Source: Bacteroidaceae bacterium (GTDB lineage Bacteria; Bacteroidota; Bacteroidia; Bacteroidales; Paludibacteraceae). From it: 64,000 nucleotides of DNA. Shown piece after piece: positions 19,406-28,794 of this stretch. Each line of letters opens with the position of its first letter. Position 1 is the stretch's first letter. The stretch is taken from positions 12,612 to 76,611 of the forward strand of contig CAVEVQ010000007.1 of NCBI GenBank assembly GCA_963619325.1. Reading direction: 5' to 3'. The notes under the pieces were generated by a model. It was given only the letters and a program-made list of their open reading frames with translations, was not told where the DNA came from and searched no databases. A program made the translations under genes and the position numbers.

Positions 19406-19936
19406 TTAATCCTCTAAGATATAGAGTCCTGGAAGATTGCGTCCAAAACCATCATAATCCAATCCGAAACCGACTACATACTTGTTAGGCAAAGGCATAC
19501 CAAGATATTTAATATCTACTTTGCCTTGCAGAACCTCTGGTTTACAAAAAAGACTTGCTATGGCAACAGATTTTGGCTCAAGTTCCTTCATCATCTTTAA
19601 AATGTTAGACATCGTCATACCAGTATCAACAATATCCTCCAAAATAATCACATCTCGACCTTTGATATCATTTTGAATCGGGACGATAGGTTTAAGCACC
19701 CCTGTTGAACACATACCCTCATACGAGGCATACTTTACAAACTGAACCTCGCAAGAGACGTCCATCTCACGCAAAAAATCAGCAGCATAAACAAACGCAC
19801 CATTCAACATCACAAGGAAAAGAGGATTCTTTCCTTGATAGTCTCTCTTTACGTCATTAGCCATACGAGCAACAATGCTGTGTATCTCTAATGGAGATAA
19901 ATACTCGACAAAATTTTTATCTTTTACTCTCATCAT
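19406..19936 (-). CDS. hpt: hypoxanthine phosphoribosyltransferase
   Basis: 176 aa. PRPP-binding motif VIILEDIVDTGMT. Confidence 0.93.
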   Translation of the reverse strand: MMRVKDKNFVEYLSPLEIHSIVARMANDVKRDYQGKNPLFLVMLNGAFVYAADFLREMDVSCEVQFVKYASYEGMCSTGVLKPIVPIQNDIKGRDVIILEDIVDTGMTMSNILKMMKELEPKSVAIASLFCKPEVLQGKVDIKYLGMPLPNKYVVGFGLDYDGFGRNLPGLYILED

Positions 19937-20034
19937 TTTATCAAAAACAGAAACAAAGATACTATAAAAAAGTGATTTTCCATTACTTGCAGTTCACGAC
20001 GTTGATAGTGAATCCGACCAAAATCTACCACAAG

Positions 20035-20727
20035 CTAAGCAGAAACCTCTTTACAATCTTCTTCCTGATAATATTTTTTAAAAAAATGAATGGCAACATA
20101 AGCCAACGGAGTACCGGTTAAAGCCTCAATAGCCAATTTTGAGAAATATTGCAAAAGAATCATCTTTACCAAATCACCCGCAGGGACTACTCCCAAGAAA
20201 GCAATTAAAACAAAAGGTAACGAGTCAAACACATAACCAACCATTGAACTTCCTATCGTGCGAACCCAAAGATGTTTTCCCTTCGTCCATTCTTTTATCC
20301 GTTCCATAAAATAGGCATTCGAAAGTTCTCCGCAAAGGAAACCAACTAAAGAAGCAAGTACGATACGTGGGACACAAGAAAAAATGTGTTCGTATGCAGC
20401 CGCCGTCTCATTCATATAATCTGGATAAGGAAGATAAACACCTACCGTCGTACATACAACCAATAAAATATTGCAAGTAAGCGTCAGTAGAATGACTTTA
20501 CGGGATGTCTTGTAACCCCAAACTTCCGTTAGGACATCGCCCAACATATAAGCAAAGGGGAAGGTGATAGTTCCTGCATCAAAATAAAGCAAATCTAAAA
20601 CACCTATCACCTTGACAGCCATCAAGTTAGATACTAAATAAAGAGTTACGAACAAACCAGTCACCACCATCAAAGGTGTATCGAATGTTCGGTTTTTGAA
20701 AGGGTTTTCCGATACCTTGTAATTCAT
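20035..20727 (-). CDS. yhhQ: queuosine precursor transporter (YhhQ/VUT family)
   Basis: 230 aa, 6 TM. YhhQ-like core (GTITFPFAYMLGDVLTEVWGY). Confidence 0.8.
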   Translation of the reverse strand: MNYKVSENPFKNRTFDTPLMVVTGLFVTLYLVSNLMAVKVIGVLDLLYFDAGTITFPFAYMLGDVLTEVWGYKTSRKVILLTLTCNILLVVCTTVGVYLPYPDYMNETAAAYEHIFSCVPRIVLASLVGFLCGELSNAYFMERIKEWTKGKHLWVRTIGSSMVGYVFDSLPFVLIAFLGVVPAGDLVKMILLQYFSKLAIEALTGTPLAYVAIHFFKKYYQEEDCKEVSA

Positions 20728-20757
20728 ACTATTGTTATTTTAATTAGAAAAATTTTT

Positions 20758-21843
20758 CTATTGTCGCGCTCGCCGATATAAGTAGATTCCAATCAATAAA
20801 AACACAATATTAGGCAACCAAACAGCCAAAGTCGGCGGAAATGATCCATTAACCGAGAACGTTGACGAGACAGACTCAAACAAAATGTACGCACAACTCA
20901 ACAACAATCCTATACCTAAATTGAGACCCATTCCACCCTTTATTTTTCGGGAAGAAAGAGAAACTCCAATCAACGTTAGAATAAATGAGGCGAAAGCGTT
21001 GGCATACCTCTTTGCATATTCAATTTCAAAATTTTGAATGTTTCCAATTCCACGAGACTTTTGTCTTTCAATATATTCCTTCAATTCTGGCAAAGTCATC
21101 TGTTCTTGCATACTTGAAAAAACGAAAAAATCGTCTGGAATAATGTTTAGACGGATTTCCTTTTGCCCCCCCTTATAAACATGTTCATAAAGTCCATCAA
21201 ACTCACGTACCATATAGTCGCAAATACGCCACCGATCACCTCCCAACCAATATATATAACCAGCGGTAGTTCTCTTTTTAAGCGTTTTCCCATCAAAGAA
21301 ATCAATAGAGGCACGTCTTCCACTTTGATCTTGCTTATCATAATAGTCAATAAACAAAATAGTGTTTTCTGTCACCTTCATTTGAATCTTAACCGCCTGA
21401 TCTTTCTTCTTCTTTTTAACGTAGACCTCCTGAAAATCAATACGTTCTTTATTGGCAGGAGGGATTACATAACCACCCAAAATGAAAGTAATAACCGCAA
21501 TAATAGCAGCGGCCTCCATATAAGGACGAACAAATCTACTGTATTTGACTCCAGAAGCAAAAATGGCAATGATTTCTGATTTGTCGGCCATCTTTGAAGT
21601 GAAGAAAATAACAGCAATGAAAGTGAATAAGGGACTAAATAAATTCGCGTAATAAGGAATGAAATTTAAATAATAGTCAAAAATGATAGCTTTAAGAGGA
21701 GCCTGATTCTCCATAAAGTCATCCAACTTCTCCGTTATATCAAAAACCACTGCGATGCTGATAATCAACGCAATAGACAAAAAGAACGTTCCGAGGAACT
21801 TTTTAATAATATATCGGTCTATTAGTTTGAACACTACCCTCAA
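20758..21843 (-). CDS. LptF/LptG family LPS export permease
   Basis: 361 aa. YjgP/YjgQ architecture: 3 TM, a periplasmic beta-jellyroll region, then 3 TM. N-terminus FKLIDRYIIKKFLGTF. Confidence 0.85.
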   Translation of the reverse strand: MRVVFKLIDRYIIKKFLGTFFLSIALIISIAVVFDITEKLDDFMENQAPLKAIIFDYYLNFIPYYANLFSPLFTFIAVIFFTSKMADKSEIIAIFASGVKYSRFVRPYMEAAAIIAVITFILGGYVIPPANKERIDFQEVYVKKKKKDQAVKIQMKVTENTILFIDYYDKQDQSGRRASIDFFDGKTLKKRTTAGYIYWLGGDRWRICDYMVREFDGLYEHVYKGGQKEIRLNIIPDDFFVFSSMQEQMTLPELKEYIERQKSRGIGNIQNFEIEYAKRYANAFASFILTLIGVSLSSRKIKGGMGLNLGIGLLLSCAYILFESVSSTFSVNGSFPPTLAVWLPNIVFLLIGIYLYRRARQ

Positions 21844-21865
21844 TTTTTGATTGATCGACGCAAAT

Positions 21866-22996
21866 TTACAATCTTTCGCCCAATTTTTTTACCATTCCAT
21901 CCTTCCACGCAGAAAAAGCACCTGCAATAATCTGTTTTCTCGCCTCGCCCACAAGCCATAAATAGAAAGCAAGGTTATGAATGGATGCAATCTGCATACC
22001 TAATAACTCGTCAACTGAGAATAGATGGCGAACGTACGCTTTCGTATAAAACTGATCAACATAGGATGTACCATCAGGATCCAACGGTGAAAAATCATCC
22101 TCCCATTTCTTATTTTTCATATTCATTGTGCCATTACGGGTAAAAAGAAGTCCATTCCGACCATTACGAGTTGGCATCACACAATCAAACATATCTACAC
22201 CTCGTTCAATTGCTTCAAGGATATTGATTGGAGTACCGACACCCATCAAATAGCGTGGTTTATCTTTAGGCAAAATGGCATTGACCAATTCAATCATCTC
22301 ATACATAACATCTGCAGGCTCTCCCACTGCAAGTCCGCCGATAGCATTACCATCGCACTCCTTACCGGCTACTGACTCCGCCGCACGTTCACGCAAATCC
22401 TTATAAGTACAACCTTGCACAATCGGGAAAAAAGTCTGGCTATAACCATACTTAGGTTCAGTCTCACCGAAACGCTTCAAACCACGATCCAACCAGCGAA
22501 GCGTACGATCTAAAGAACGCTTGGCATACTGATAATCTGCTGTTCCCGGCGTACATTCGTCCAACGCCATAATGATATCGGCACCAATAGAACGTTGTGT
22601 ATCAACATTGTTTTCCGGAGTGAAGATATGCTTTGATCCATCAATATGAGAACGGAAAGTACACCCCTCTTCTGTTAGTTTTCTATTCTCAGAAAGGGAG
22701 AAAACTTGGAAACCACCACTATCCGTAAGCATAGGTTTGTTCCACCCATTAAAACGATGCAGACCACCCGCCTTCTCAAGAATGTCCAAACCTGGACGAA
22801 GATAAAGGTGATAGGTATTCCCTAAAATTATCTGGGCATGAACGTCATCCATCAATTCTCTCTGATGAACAGCCTTGACTGTTGCACAGGTGCCAACTGG
22901 CATAAATATAGGGGTTTCAATCGTACCGTGATCAGTAGTAATTTTACCTGCTCTGGCATTACTCTTAGGATCTATGTATTGAAGGTCAAACTGCAT
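21866..22996 (-). CDS. tgt: tRNA-guanosine(34) transglycosylase
   Basis: 376 aa. TGT motifs (TPIFMPVGT, LTDSGGFQVFS, zinc site CxC..C..H region absent/variant not checked). Confidence 0.93.
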   Translation of the reverse strand: MQFDLQYIDPKSNARAGKITTDHGTIETPIFMPVGTCATVKAVHQRELMDDVHAQIILGNTYHLYLRPGLDILEKAGGLHRFNGWNKPMLTDSGGFQVFSLSENRKLTEEGCTFRSHIDGSKHIFTPENNVDTQRSIGADIIMALDECTPGTADYQYAKRSLDRTLRWLDRGLKRFGETEPKYGYSQTFFPIVQGCTYKDLRERAAESVAGKECDGNAIGGLAVGEPADVMYEMIELVNAILPKDKPRYLMGVGTPINILEAIERGVDMFDCVMPTRNGRNGLLFTRNGTMNMKNKKWEDDFSPLDPDGTSYVDQFYTKAYVRHLFSVDELLGMQIASIHNLAFYLWLVGEARKQIIAGAFSAWKDGMVKKLGERL

Positions 22997-23032
22997 AACT
23001 AAAAACTTTAGGCTAAACCAAATGCAAAGTTA

Positions 23033-23788
23033 CTAATTTGTTTGAAATTTCACTAAAGCATCCTCAAGAGACATACCCACGTATTCCTGGGCAGAAATCC
23101 AACGTCCACTTTTGCAATCATCAGCAAATGCGCCCAAAACCATACCTGGAATAACAGAATCTGGGTCGTTCGGAGCTTTAGGTCCACCCAAATCTGTTCG
23201 ACACCAACCTGGATCCACTAAATTAATCATCACATCTGTTCCTTCTACCGTAAATCCCAAATCTTTTGTAACCTTGTCCAAAGCTGCCTTGCTCGCCGAA
23301 TAACCTGCTTGCTCTGGTTCATTGATGATTCCGCTCGTTGTATTGATGATCCTTCCAAATCCCCTCTTTTTCATATCTGGTAAAAAAGCATAAGAAAGCA
23401 TCATCGGCGCAATGGTGTTAATCATAAAACTGTCCGTAAAATCTGTAACCGGAGTTACGAAATAATCCGTACGATATGCAACTTGCACTGCCGCATTATT
23501 GAATACAATATCAATTTGTTTTACATTCTTTTTTATCTCATCAACCATACGATTAATTTCATCTGGTTTTGAGAGCTCTGCCGCAACACAATAAGCATCT
23601 ACCCCCATTGCCTTAACCTCCGCATAAACAGATTTTGTATGTTCGAGGCTACGACTATGAAGTACCAAATTAACACCGTGCTTAGCCATAAATTTACTTA
23701 TACGATAACCAAGTCCACGATTTGCACCCGTAATCAATGCCCATTTATTTTTCAAATCTTTCATAGAAAACACATTAGGAAAAGACAA
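23033..23788 (-). CDS. SDR family oxidoreductase
   Basis: 251 aa. TGANRGLG cofactor motif, NNAA, YSASK catalytic motif. An alternative start at ATG 23764 is possible. Confidence 0.85.
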   Translation of the reverse strand: MSFPNVFSMKDLKNKWALITGANRGLGYRISKFMAKHGVNLVLHSRSLEHTKSVYAEVKAMGVDAYCVAAELSKPDEINRMVDEIKKNVKQIDIVFNNAAVQVAYRTDYFVTPVTDFTDSFMINTIAPMMLSYAFLPDMKKRGFGRIINTTSGIINEPEQAGYSASKAALDKVTKDLGFTVEGTDVMINLVDPGWCRTDLGGPKAPNDPDSVIPGMVLGAFADDCKSGRWISAQEYVGMSLEDALVKFQTN

Positions 23789-23840
23789 AGTTAAGAAAAT
23801 TAATTACTTGAGTGTTAATTCAAAGATTACGATTTTTCAC

Positions 23841-23873
23841 AAAAAAAGCCGCAGAACCCAATTAAGGTTCTAC
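23841..23873 (-). terminator. probable terminator of the oadGAB operon
   Basis: Minus strand reads agaacc-ttaattg-ggttct followed by gcggc and a 7-nt U-run. Short stem, so confidence is moderate. Confidence 0.45.
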
Positions 23874-23898
23874 GACTTAAAAATTATGGGAAATTTAA

Positions 23899-25137
23899 TT
23901 ATCCTAAGAATGAAATCAAAATACCAGCAGCAACGGCAGAACCAATTACTCCTGCCACATTACTTGACATACAATAGTTCAAAACATGGTTCTTTGGATC
24001 ATACTTCAATGCTATTTCGTTTGCAACACGTGCCGCCATTGGCACTGCACTCAAACCTGTAGCACCTACCAAAGGATTGATTTTCTTCTTTGAGAAGAGA
24101 TTCATAATCTTCACCAACATTATACCACCGAAAATTGAGAATCCGAACGCAAAGAAACCTCCTGTTACAATACCAATAGTCTGCAAGTTTAAGAATGACT
24201 CTGCCGTCATTGTCGCACCAACACAAAGTCCCAAGAAAATAGTCGCTGTATTCATAATACCATTTGAAGCGGCATTGAAAAGACGCGAAGTATTATTTCC
24301 GATCTCCTTAATCAAGTTACCGAACATCAACATACCAACCAACGATACAGCGTCTGGTACAATGATAGCAACAATTGTAGTAGTAAGAATCGGGAAGACA
24401 ATCTTCAAGACACGCATATTTTTAAACTCTTGCTTGTTTGGATAGAGTTTATCTTGCTCCTTCATATTGATAGACAACTCTTTCTTCGAACAAGTTAAAT
24501 TGACAACCAATGGTACAATAACCGGCACCAAAGCCATATAAGAATATGCAGCGATTGCAATCGGGCCTAACAAATGAGGAGCCAACTTCAATGTTGTGAA
24601 GATTGCGGTTGGTCCGTCCGCACCACCAATGATGGCAAGAGAAGCAGCCTCCTGCATAGTAAAGAACTGGCTTGCAACCAACAAAACCGCAAAAATACCA
24701 AACTGCGCTCCTGCTCCGAAAATAGCCAACTTCAAGTTACGCAACATCGGTCCGAAATCCGTCAACGCACCCACACCCATAAAGATGATAGGAGGAAGCA
24801 AGCCCGACTTAATCAGTGCGTAATACAAGAAGTTCATAATTCCATAATCGTGAGCGATTTGAGGAAGCGACATTTCGTAGACAGTCTGTGCTGTTGGTTG
24901 TCCGTTCACTATCAAATGGCCAACGCCATCCGTCGCAAGCACACCCATACCTCCCCCTGGAAAGTTTGCAATTAGCACACCAAAGGCGATTGGCACGAGC
25001 AACAAAGGCTCAAACTCCTTTTTGATACCAAGATACAATAAGAAGAAGCCAAGGGCAATCATCACAATGTACGAAGGTTGGGAAATTAACGTTCCCAACG
25101 CTGTCATATCATAAACTTTACTTAAAATTTCTCCCAT
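23899..25137 (-). CDS. oadB: sodium ion-translocating decarboxylase subunit beta
   Basis: 412 aa polytopic protein. OadB/MmdB/GcdB-type sequence. 8 nt downstream of the alpha subunit. Confidence 0.9.
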   Translation of the reverse strand: MGEILSKVYDMTALGTLISQPSYIVMIALGFFLLYLGIKKEFEPLLLVPIAFGVLIANFPGGGMGVLATDGVGHLIVNGQPTAQTVYEMSLPQIAHDYGIMNFLYYALIKSGLLPPIIFMGVGALTDFGPMLRNLKLAIFGAGAQFGIFAVLLVASQFFTMQEAASLAIIGGADGPTAIFTTLKLAPHLLGPIAIAAYSYMALVPVIVPLVVNLTCSKKELSINMKEQDKLYPNKQEFKNMRVLKIVFPILTTTIVAIIVPDAVSLVGMLMFGNLIKEIGNNTSRLFNAASNGIMNTATIFLGLCVGATMTAESFLNLQTIGIVTGGFFAFGFSIFGGIMLVKIMNLFSKKKINPLVGATGLSAVPMAARVANEIALKYDPKNHVLNYCMSSNVAGVIGSAVAAGILISFLG

Positions 25138-25145
25138 GGCAGTGA

Positions 25146-26978
25146 TTATTTAATCTTCATGATAATATCGTCCTCAGATACAGTCGCTCCACTGCCTTGG
25201 CAAATCTCTGTAACAACACCATCCCACTCAGAAGCGATAGCGTTAAAAGTCTTCATAGCCTCAATGTAACAAACCACTTGACCTTTCTTTACCCTGTCTC
25301 CGACTTTTACAGGAGTTGCACCAGACTCTTTTACCAAATAAAACTTACCCTCCAATGGTGAAGCCAATCCATTACCTTCACCTGGAGTTGCGCTCGATGA
25401 AGACGAAGAAGCAGAAACTTCACCGTTGTTATCTCCGATTGTAACCTCGTAGTTGATACCGTTCACAGCAACCGTAACTGTTTGAGGAAGAGAAACGCCA
25501 CCATTACCTGCATTCTTTTTCGCTTTTCTTTCTTCAAGATCGGCTTGGAAGTCAGCTTTAGCCTTACCTGACTTATAAGAACGATACTGCTGTGGATGCA
25601 TAGCCAACTCAAAGAGCTCCTCGTCGTCTTGACCGAAATCCCAACCTTCTTTCTTCATTTCCTCGCGGAACGTATCAAGAGCGTCAGGGTAGTTAGATTG
25701 AGGATCTTCAGTGTGGAATTCCTTGCCCAAAGATTTAGCCTTTTCAACCAACTCAGGAGCGAGCGCACCAGGCAACTTACCAGACTTGCCCAACATCATA
25801 TCCCAAATATCGTCAGCAATCATAGACCAACGTTCTTTGCCTTTCTCCATCTGCATAACGTTCATCAACGCCATGTTCTTAACATATTGAGAGAATGGTG
25901 TAACCAAACAAGGATAACCCATCTTAGGCCATACGTATGAGACCTCGTTAAAGAGCTTAATGAGCAATTCGTCTTGCGTCATTTTAGGTTTTCCGTTCTT
26001 CTCTTTCCACTTATTGATAGATTCAAGATTAGTCTCAAGGTCTGTCATCAAAGAGCCCATCATACCACCTGGGAGTCCTGGACCAATCAAAAGAGAGTTC
26101 ATCAAACGATTTCGGCTCGGAATATAATAGCCTAAGAAATCATCCAACATATCTTGAATTAGAGAACGAACCTCCATATAGGCTTCCATATTGATTTCCT
26201 TCACTTTGAAACCAGCATCCTTCAACATTGCCTGAACTGCGAGTACATCAGCGTGGCCAGTACCCCATGAGAGAGGTTCCATTCCAACATCAACATAATC
26301 ACAACCTGCCTTGCAAACCTCAAGGATAGAAGCCATGTTGAAGCCAGGACCCGCATGACTATGATATTGAATTGTGATATCAGGCTTGATTTCTTTAATC
26401 TTTCTTGTCAACTCACCTAAAAAAACAGGACGACCGATTCCTGCCATATCCTTCAGACAGATTTCGTCACAGCCAGCATTGATCAGTTCCTTAGCCAAGT
26501 TTGTGTAATACTCCACCGTGTGGATCGGAGAATACGTGATACAAAGACAACACTGAGAAATCATTCCACCATCATGTGCATATTTAATAGAAGGAATGAT
26601 ATTACGAGTGTCATTCAACCCGCAAAAAGTACGGGCGATATCAGTACCTTGTTTCTTTTTTACTACATAGAATAGTTTTCGAACATCCGCAGGCACAGGA
26701 CTCATACGAAGACCGTTCAAAGCACGATCCAACATGTGTGTTTGGATTCCTGCCTTGTGAAAAGGGTTTGTCCATTCGCGAACCGCCTTATTAGGATTTT
26801 CACCATAGAGAAGATTTACTTGCTCAAAACCTCCACCATTCGTTTCAACTCGGTCGAAACAACCCATTTTGATAATGGCTGGCGCAACCTTCACCAACTG
26901 GTCTACACGAGGAACATACTTTCCTGCTGCTTGCCACATGTCTCTAAAAACGAGACTAAATTTTACTTCTTTAGCCAT
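25146..26978 (-). CDS. oadA: oxaloacetate decarboxylase subunit alpha (carboxyltransferase + biotinyl domain)
   Basis: 610 aa. N-terminal HMGL-like/pyruvate-carboxyltransferase domain, Ser/Ala/Pro linker, and a C-terminal biotinyl domain with the attachment motif IEAMKT. Confidence 0.9.
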   Translation of the reverse strand: MAKEVKFSLVFRDMWQAAGKYVPRVDQLVKVAPAIIKMGCFDRVETNGGGFEQVNLLYGENPNKAVREWTNPFHKAGIQTHMLDRALNGLRMSPVPADVRKLFYVVKKKQGTDIARTFCGLNDTRNIIPSIKYAHDGGMISQCCLCITYSPIHTVEYYTNLAKELINAGCDEICLKDMAGIGRPVFLGELTRKIKEIKPDITIQYHSHAGPGFNMASILEVCKAGCDYVDVGMEPLSWGTGHADVLAVQAMLKDAGFKVKEINMEAYMEVRSLIQDMLDDFLGYYIPSRNRLMNSLLIGPGLPGGMMGSLMTDLETNLESINKWKEKNGKPKMTQDELLIKLFNEVSYVWPKMGYPCLVTPFSQYVKNMALMNVMQMEKGKERWSMIADDIWDMMLGKSGKLPGALAPELVEKAKSLGKEFHTEDPQSNYPDALDTFREEMKKEGWDFGQDDEELFELAMHPQQYRSYKSGKAKADFQADLEERKAKKNAGNGGVSLPQTVTVAVNGINYEVTIGDNNGEVSASSSSSSATPGEGNGLASPLEGKFYLVKESGATPVKVGDRVKKGQVVCYIEAMKTFNAIASEWDGVVTEICQGSGATVSEDDIIMKIK

Positions 26979-27019
26979 AATATTTTTATTATGTATTTTT
27001 CTTTAAAATTACGAACAAA

Positions 27020-27274
27020 CTAAACTCTTTCGATTTTGTCTGCTTTTTTCTTTCCGTCAGTCAACTTGTTGATTGCTAAATCAATAGCCAATGCCACATT
27101 AGCGTCTACCGCAGTAGCAGAACTTGCATTCTTCACCGTTTTTTCTTCTGCAACCGCAAACTTGTTCACCAAAGTAATGAGCAAATTTCCAACATAAATG
27201 ATGAAAATCAAGACTGCGAATACAGTTGCTATACCAATGCCCATCAGCTTCAGGGCTTCCATAAAGCTATCCAT
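27020..27274 (-). CDS. oadG: OadG-family decarboxylase gamma subunit
   Basis: 84 aa with a single N-terminal TM. First gene of the oad cluster. Confidence 0.75.
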   Translation of the reverse strand: MDSFMEALKLMGIGIATVFAVLIFIIYVGNLLITLVNKFAVAEEKTVKNASSATAVDANVALAIDLAINKLTDGKKKADKIERV

Positions 27275-27333
27275 ACATTAAAATTTGTTATTTTTTACAC
27301 GAACTTATCACAAAAAAACTTTTCAACACTCTA

Positions 27334-27341
27334 CAAATGTA
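27334..27341 (-). promoter_or_regulatory. candidate -7 promoter element (TACATTTG on minus strand) for oadGAB
   Basis: Plus-strand caaatgta is TAnnTTTG on the minus strand, 60 nt upstream of the oadG ATG. Confidence 0.3.
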
Positions 27342-27553
27342 AGGCAAATTTTTTGAAAGTTTAACATTGGAAGATTAAAAAAGACTGTCATTTTATTGCG
27401 AAAAATCGTCTAAAAACTACTTGTTTGTAGCGATTTGCACAATTTTAAGGAGATGAACTTACATTTTTCTTACAAACTGCTATTCTTCATTTGAAGTTTG
27501 TCTTCTCTTTGTTATTTTTGCTTTCAAGAAAAAAACATAATCAAAAAAGAAAA

Positions 27554-28687
27554 ATGAAAAGAGCTCTTTTTATAGATCGCGATGGCACATTAATAGTTGA
27601 GCCTCCTGTTTCCTACCAAGTAGATACATTAGAACAGATGACATTTCTGCCTGGTGTTCTGCGCAATCTCCACTTTATCAAAGAAAAACTTCCTCACTAT
27701 GAATTGGTGATGGTTACCAACCAAGACGGATTAGGCACCGATGTATACCCTCAGAATAATTTTGATACTGTACAAAACAAAATGTTGGAAATATTTGAGG
27801 GAGAGGGTGTTATATTCAACAAAATCTTTATTGACAAATCTTTTCCAGAAGACAATCTTCCAACGCGCAAACCAGGTACTGCCATGCTCACCGAATACAT
27901 GGACGGCTCATACGATTTAGCAAACAGCTATGTGATTGGAGACCGTCTAACAGACGTGAAATTAGCAGCCAATTTAGGCACAAAAGCCATTTTTATCGCG
28001 CCCTCAGAAGAAAAAGGAAAGGAAATGTTAATAGAAGAGGGGATAGAAGGGGTCAAGGTGAAGGTAGTTACATCATGGGACCAAATCTCAACATTTCTAT
28101 TTGCAGGCGAAAGAGTTGCTACTGTACACAGGAAGACAAAGGAAACAGACATCTATGTGCAGTTGAACCTTGACGGGACAGGACAAACCAAGATTGCCAC
28201 TGGATTATGTTTTTTCAACCATATGTTGGAACAAATTGGGAAACACTCTGGCTGCGACCTCACAATAAAGGTTGATGGGGACTTGAATGTCGACGAACAT
28301 CACACCATTGAGGACACCGCGATTACATTAGGGGAAGCATTGTATCAGGCATTGGGAGATAAGCGTGGAATCGAAAGATACGGATACTGCTTACCTATGG
28401 ACGACTGCCTATGTTCCGTTGCATTAGACTTTGGAGGACGTCCATGGTTGGTTTGGGATGCAGACTTTCATCGTGAATTCGTTGGCGATATGCCAACGGA
28501 AATGTTCCTCCATTTCTTCAAATCATTGAGCGATTCAGCTAAAATGAACCTCAATATTAAAGCAGAGGGTACAAACGAGCACCACAAGATTGAGGGTATC
28601 TTCAAAGCCTTGGCTCGCGCCATTAAAATGGCCATCAAGAGAGACATTTATAAATTTGAATTGCCTTCCTCTAAAGGAGTATTGTAA
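27554..28687 (+). CDS. hisB: bifunctional histidinol-phosphatase / imidazoleglycerol-phosphate dehydratase
   Basis: HAD phosphatase start FIDRDGTLI immediately after ATG 27554, then IGPD motifs ([33 protein letters not shown]). The TTG 27491 extension ([15 protein letters not shown]...) is judged spurious. Confidence 0.92.
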   Translation: MKRALFIDRDGTLIVEPPVSYQVDTLEQMTFLPGVLRNLHFIKEKLPHYELVMVTNQDGLGTDVYPQNNFDTVQNKMLEIFEGEGVIFNKIFIDKSFPEDNLPTRKPGTAMLTEYMDGSYDLANSYVIGDRLTDVKLAANLGTKAIFIAPSEEKGKEMLIEEGIEGVKVKVVTSWDQISTFLFAGERVATVHRKTKETDIYVQLNLDGTGQTKIATGLCFFNHMLEQIGKHSGCDLTIKVDGDLNVDEHHTIEDTAITLGEALYQALGDKRGIERYGYCLPMDDCLCSVALDFGGRPWLVWDADFHREFVGDMPTEMFLHFFKSLSDSAKMNLNIKAEGTNEHHKIEGIFKALARAIKMAIKRDIYKFELPSSKGVL

Positions 28688-28794
28688 AATTTAGGCTTTT
28701 ATATTTTTTTGTTGTCAGAAATATCTCTTACATTAGCATAACTGAGAATTGAAAAAACACATTAATAGTTAACCTATCTAATACTATTTGTCTT

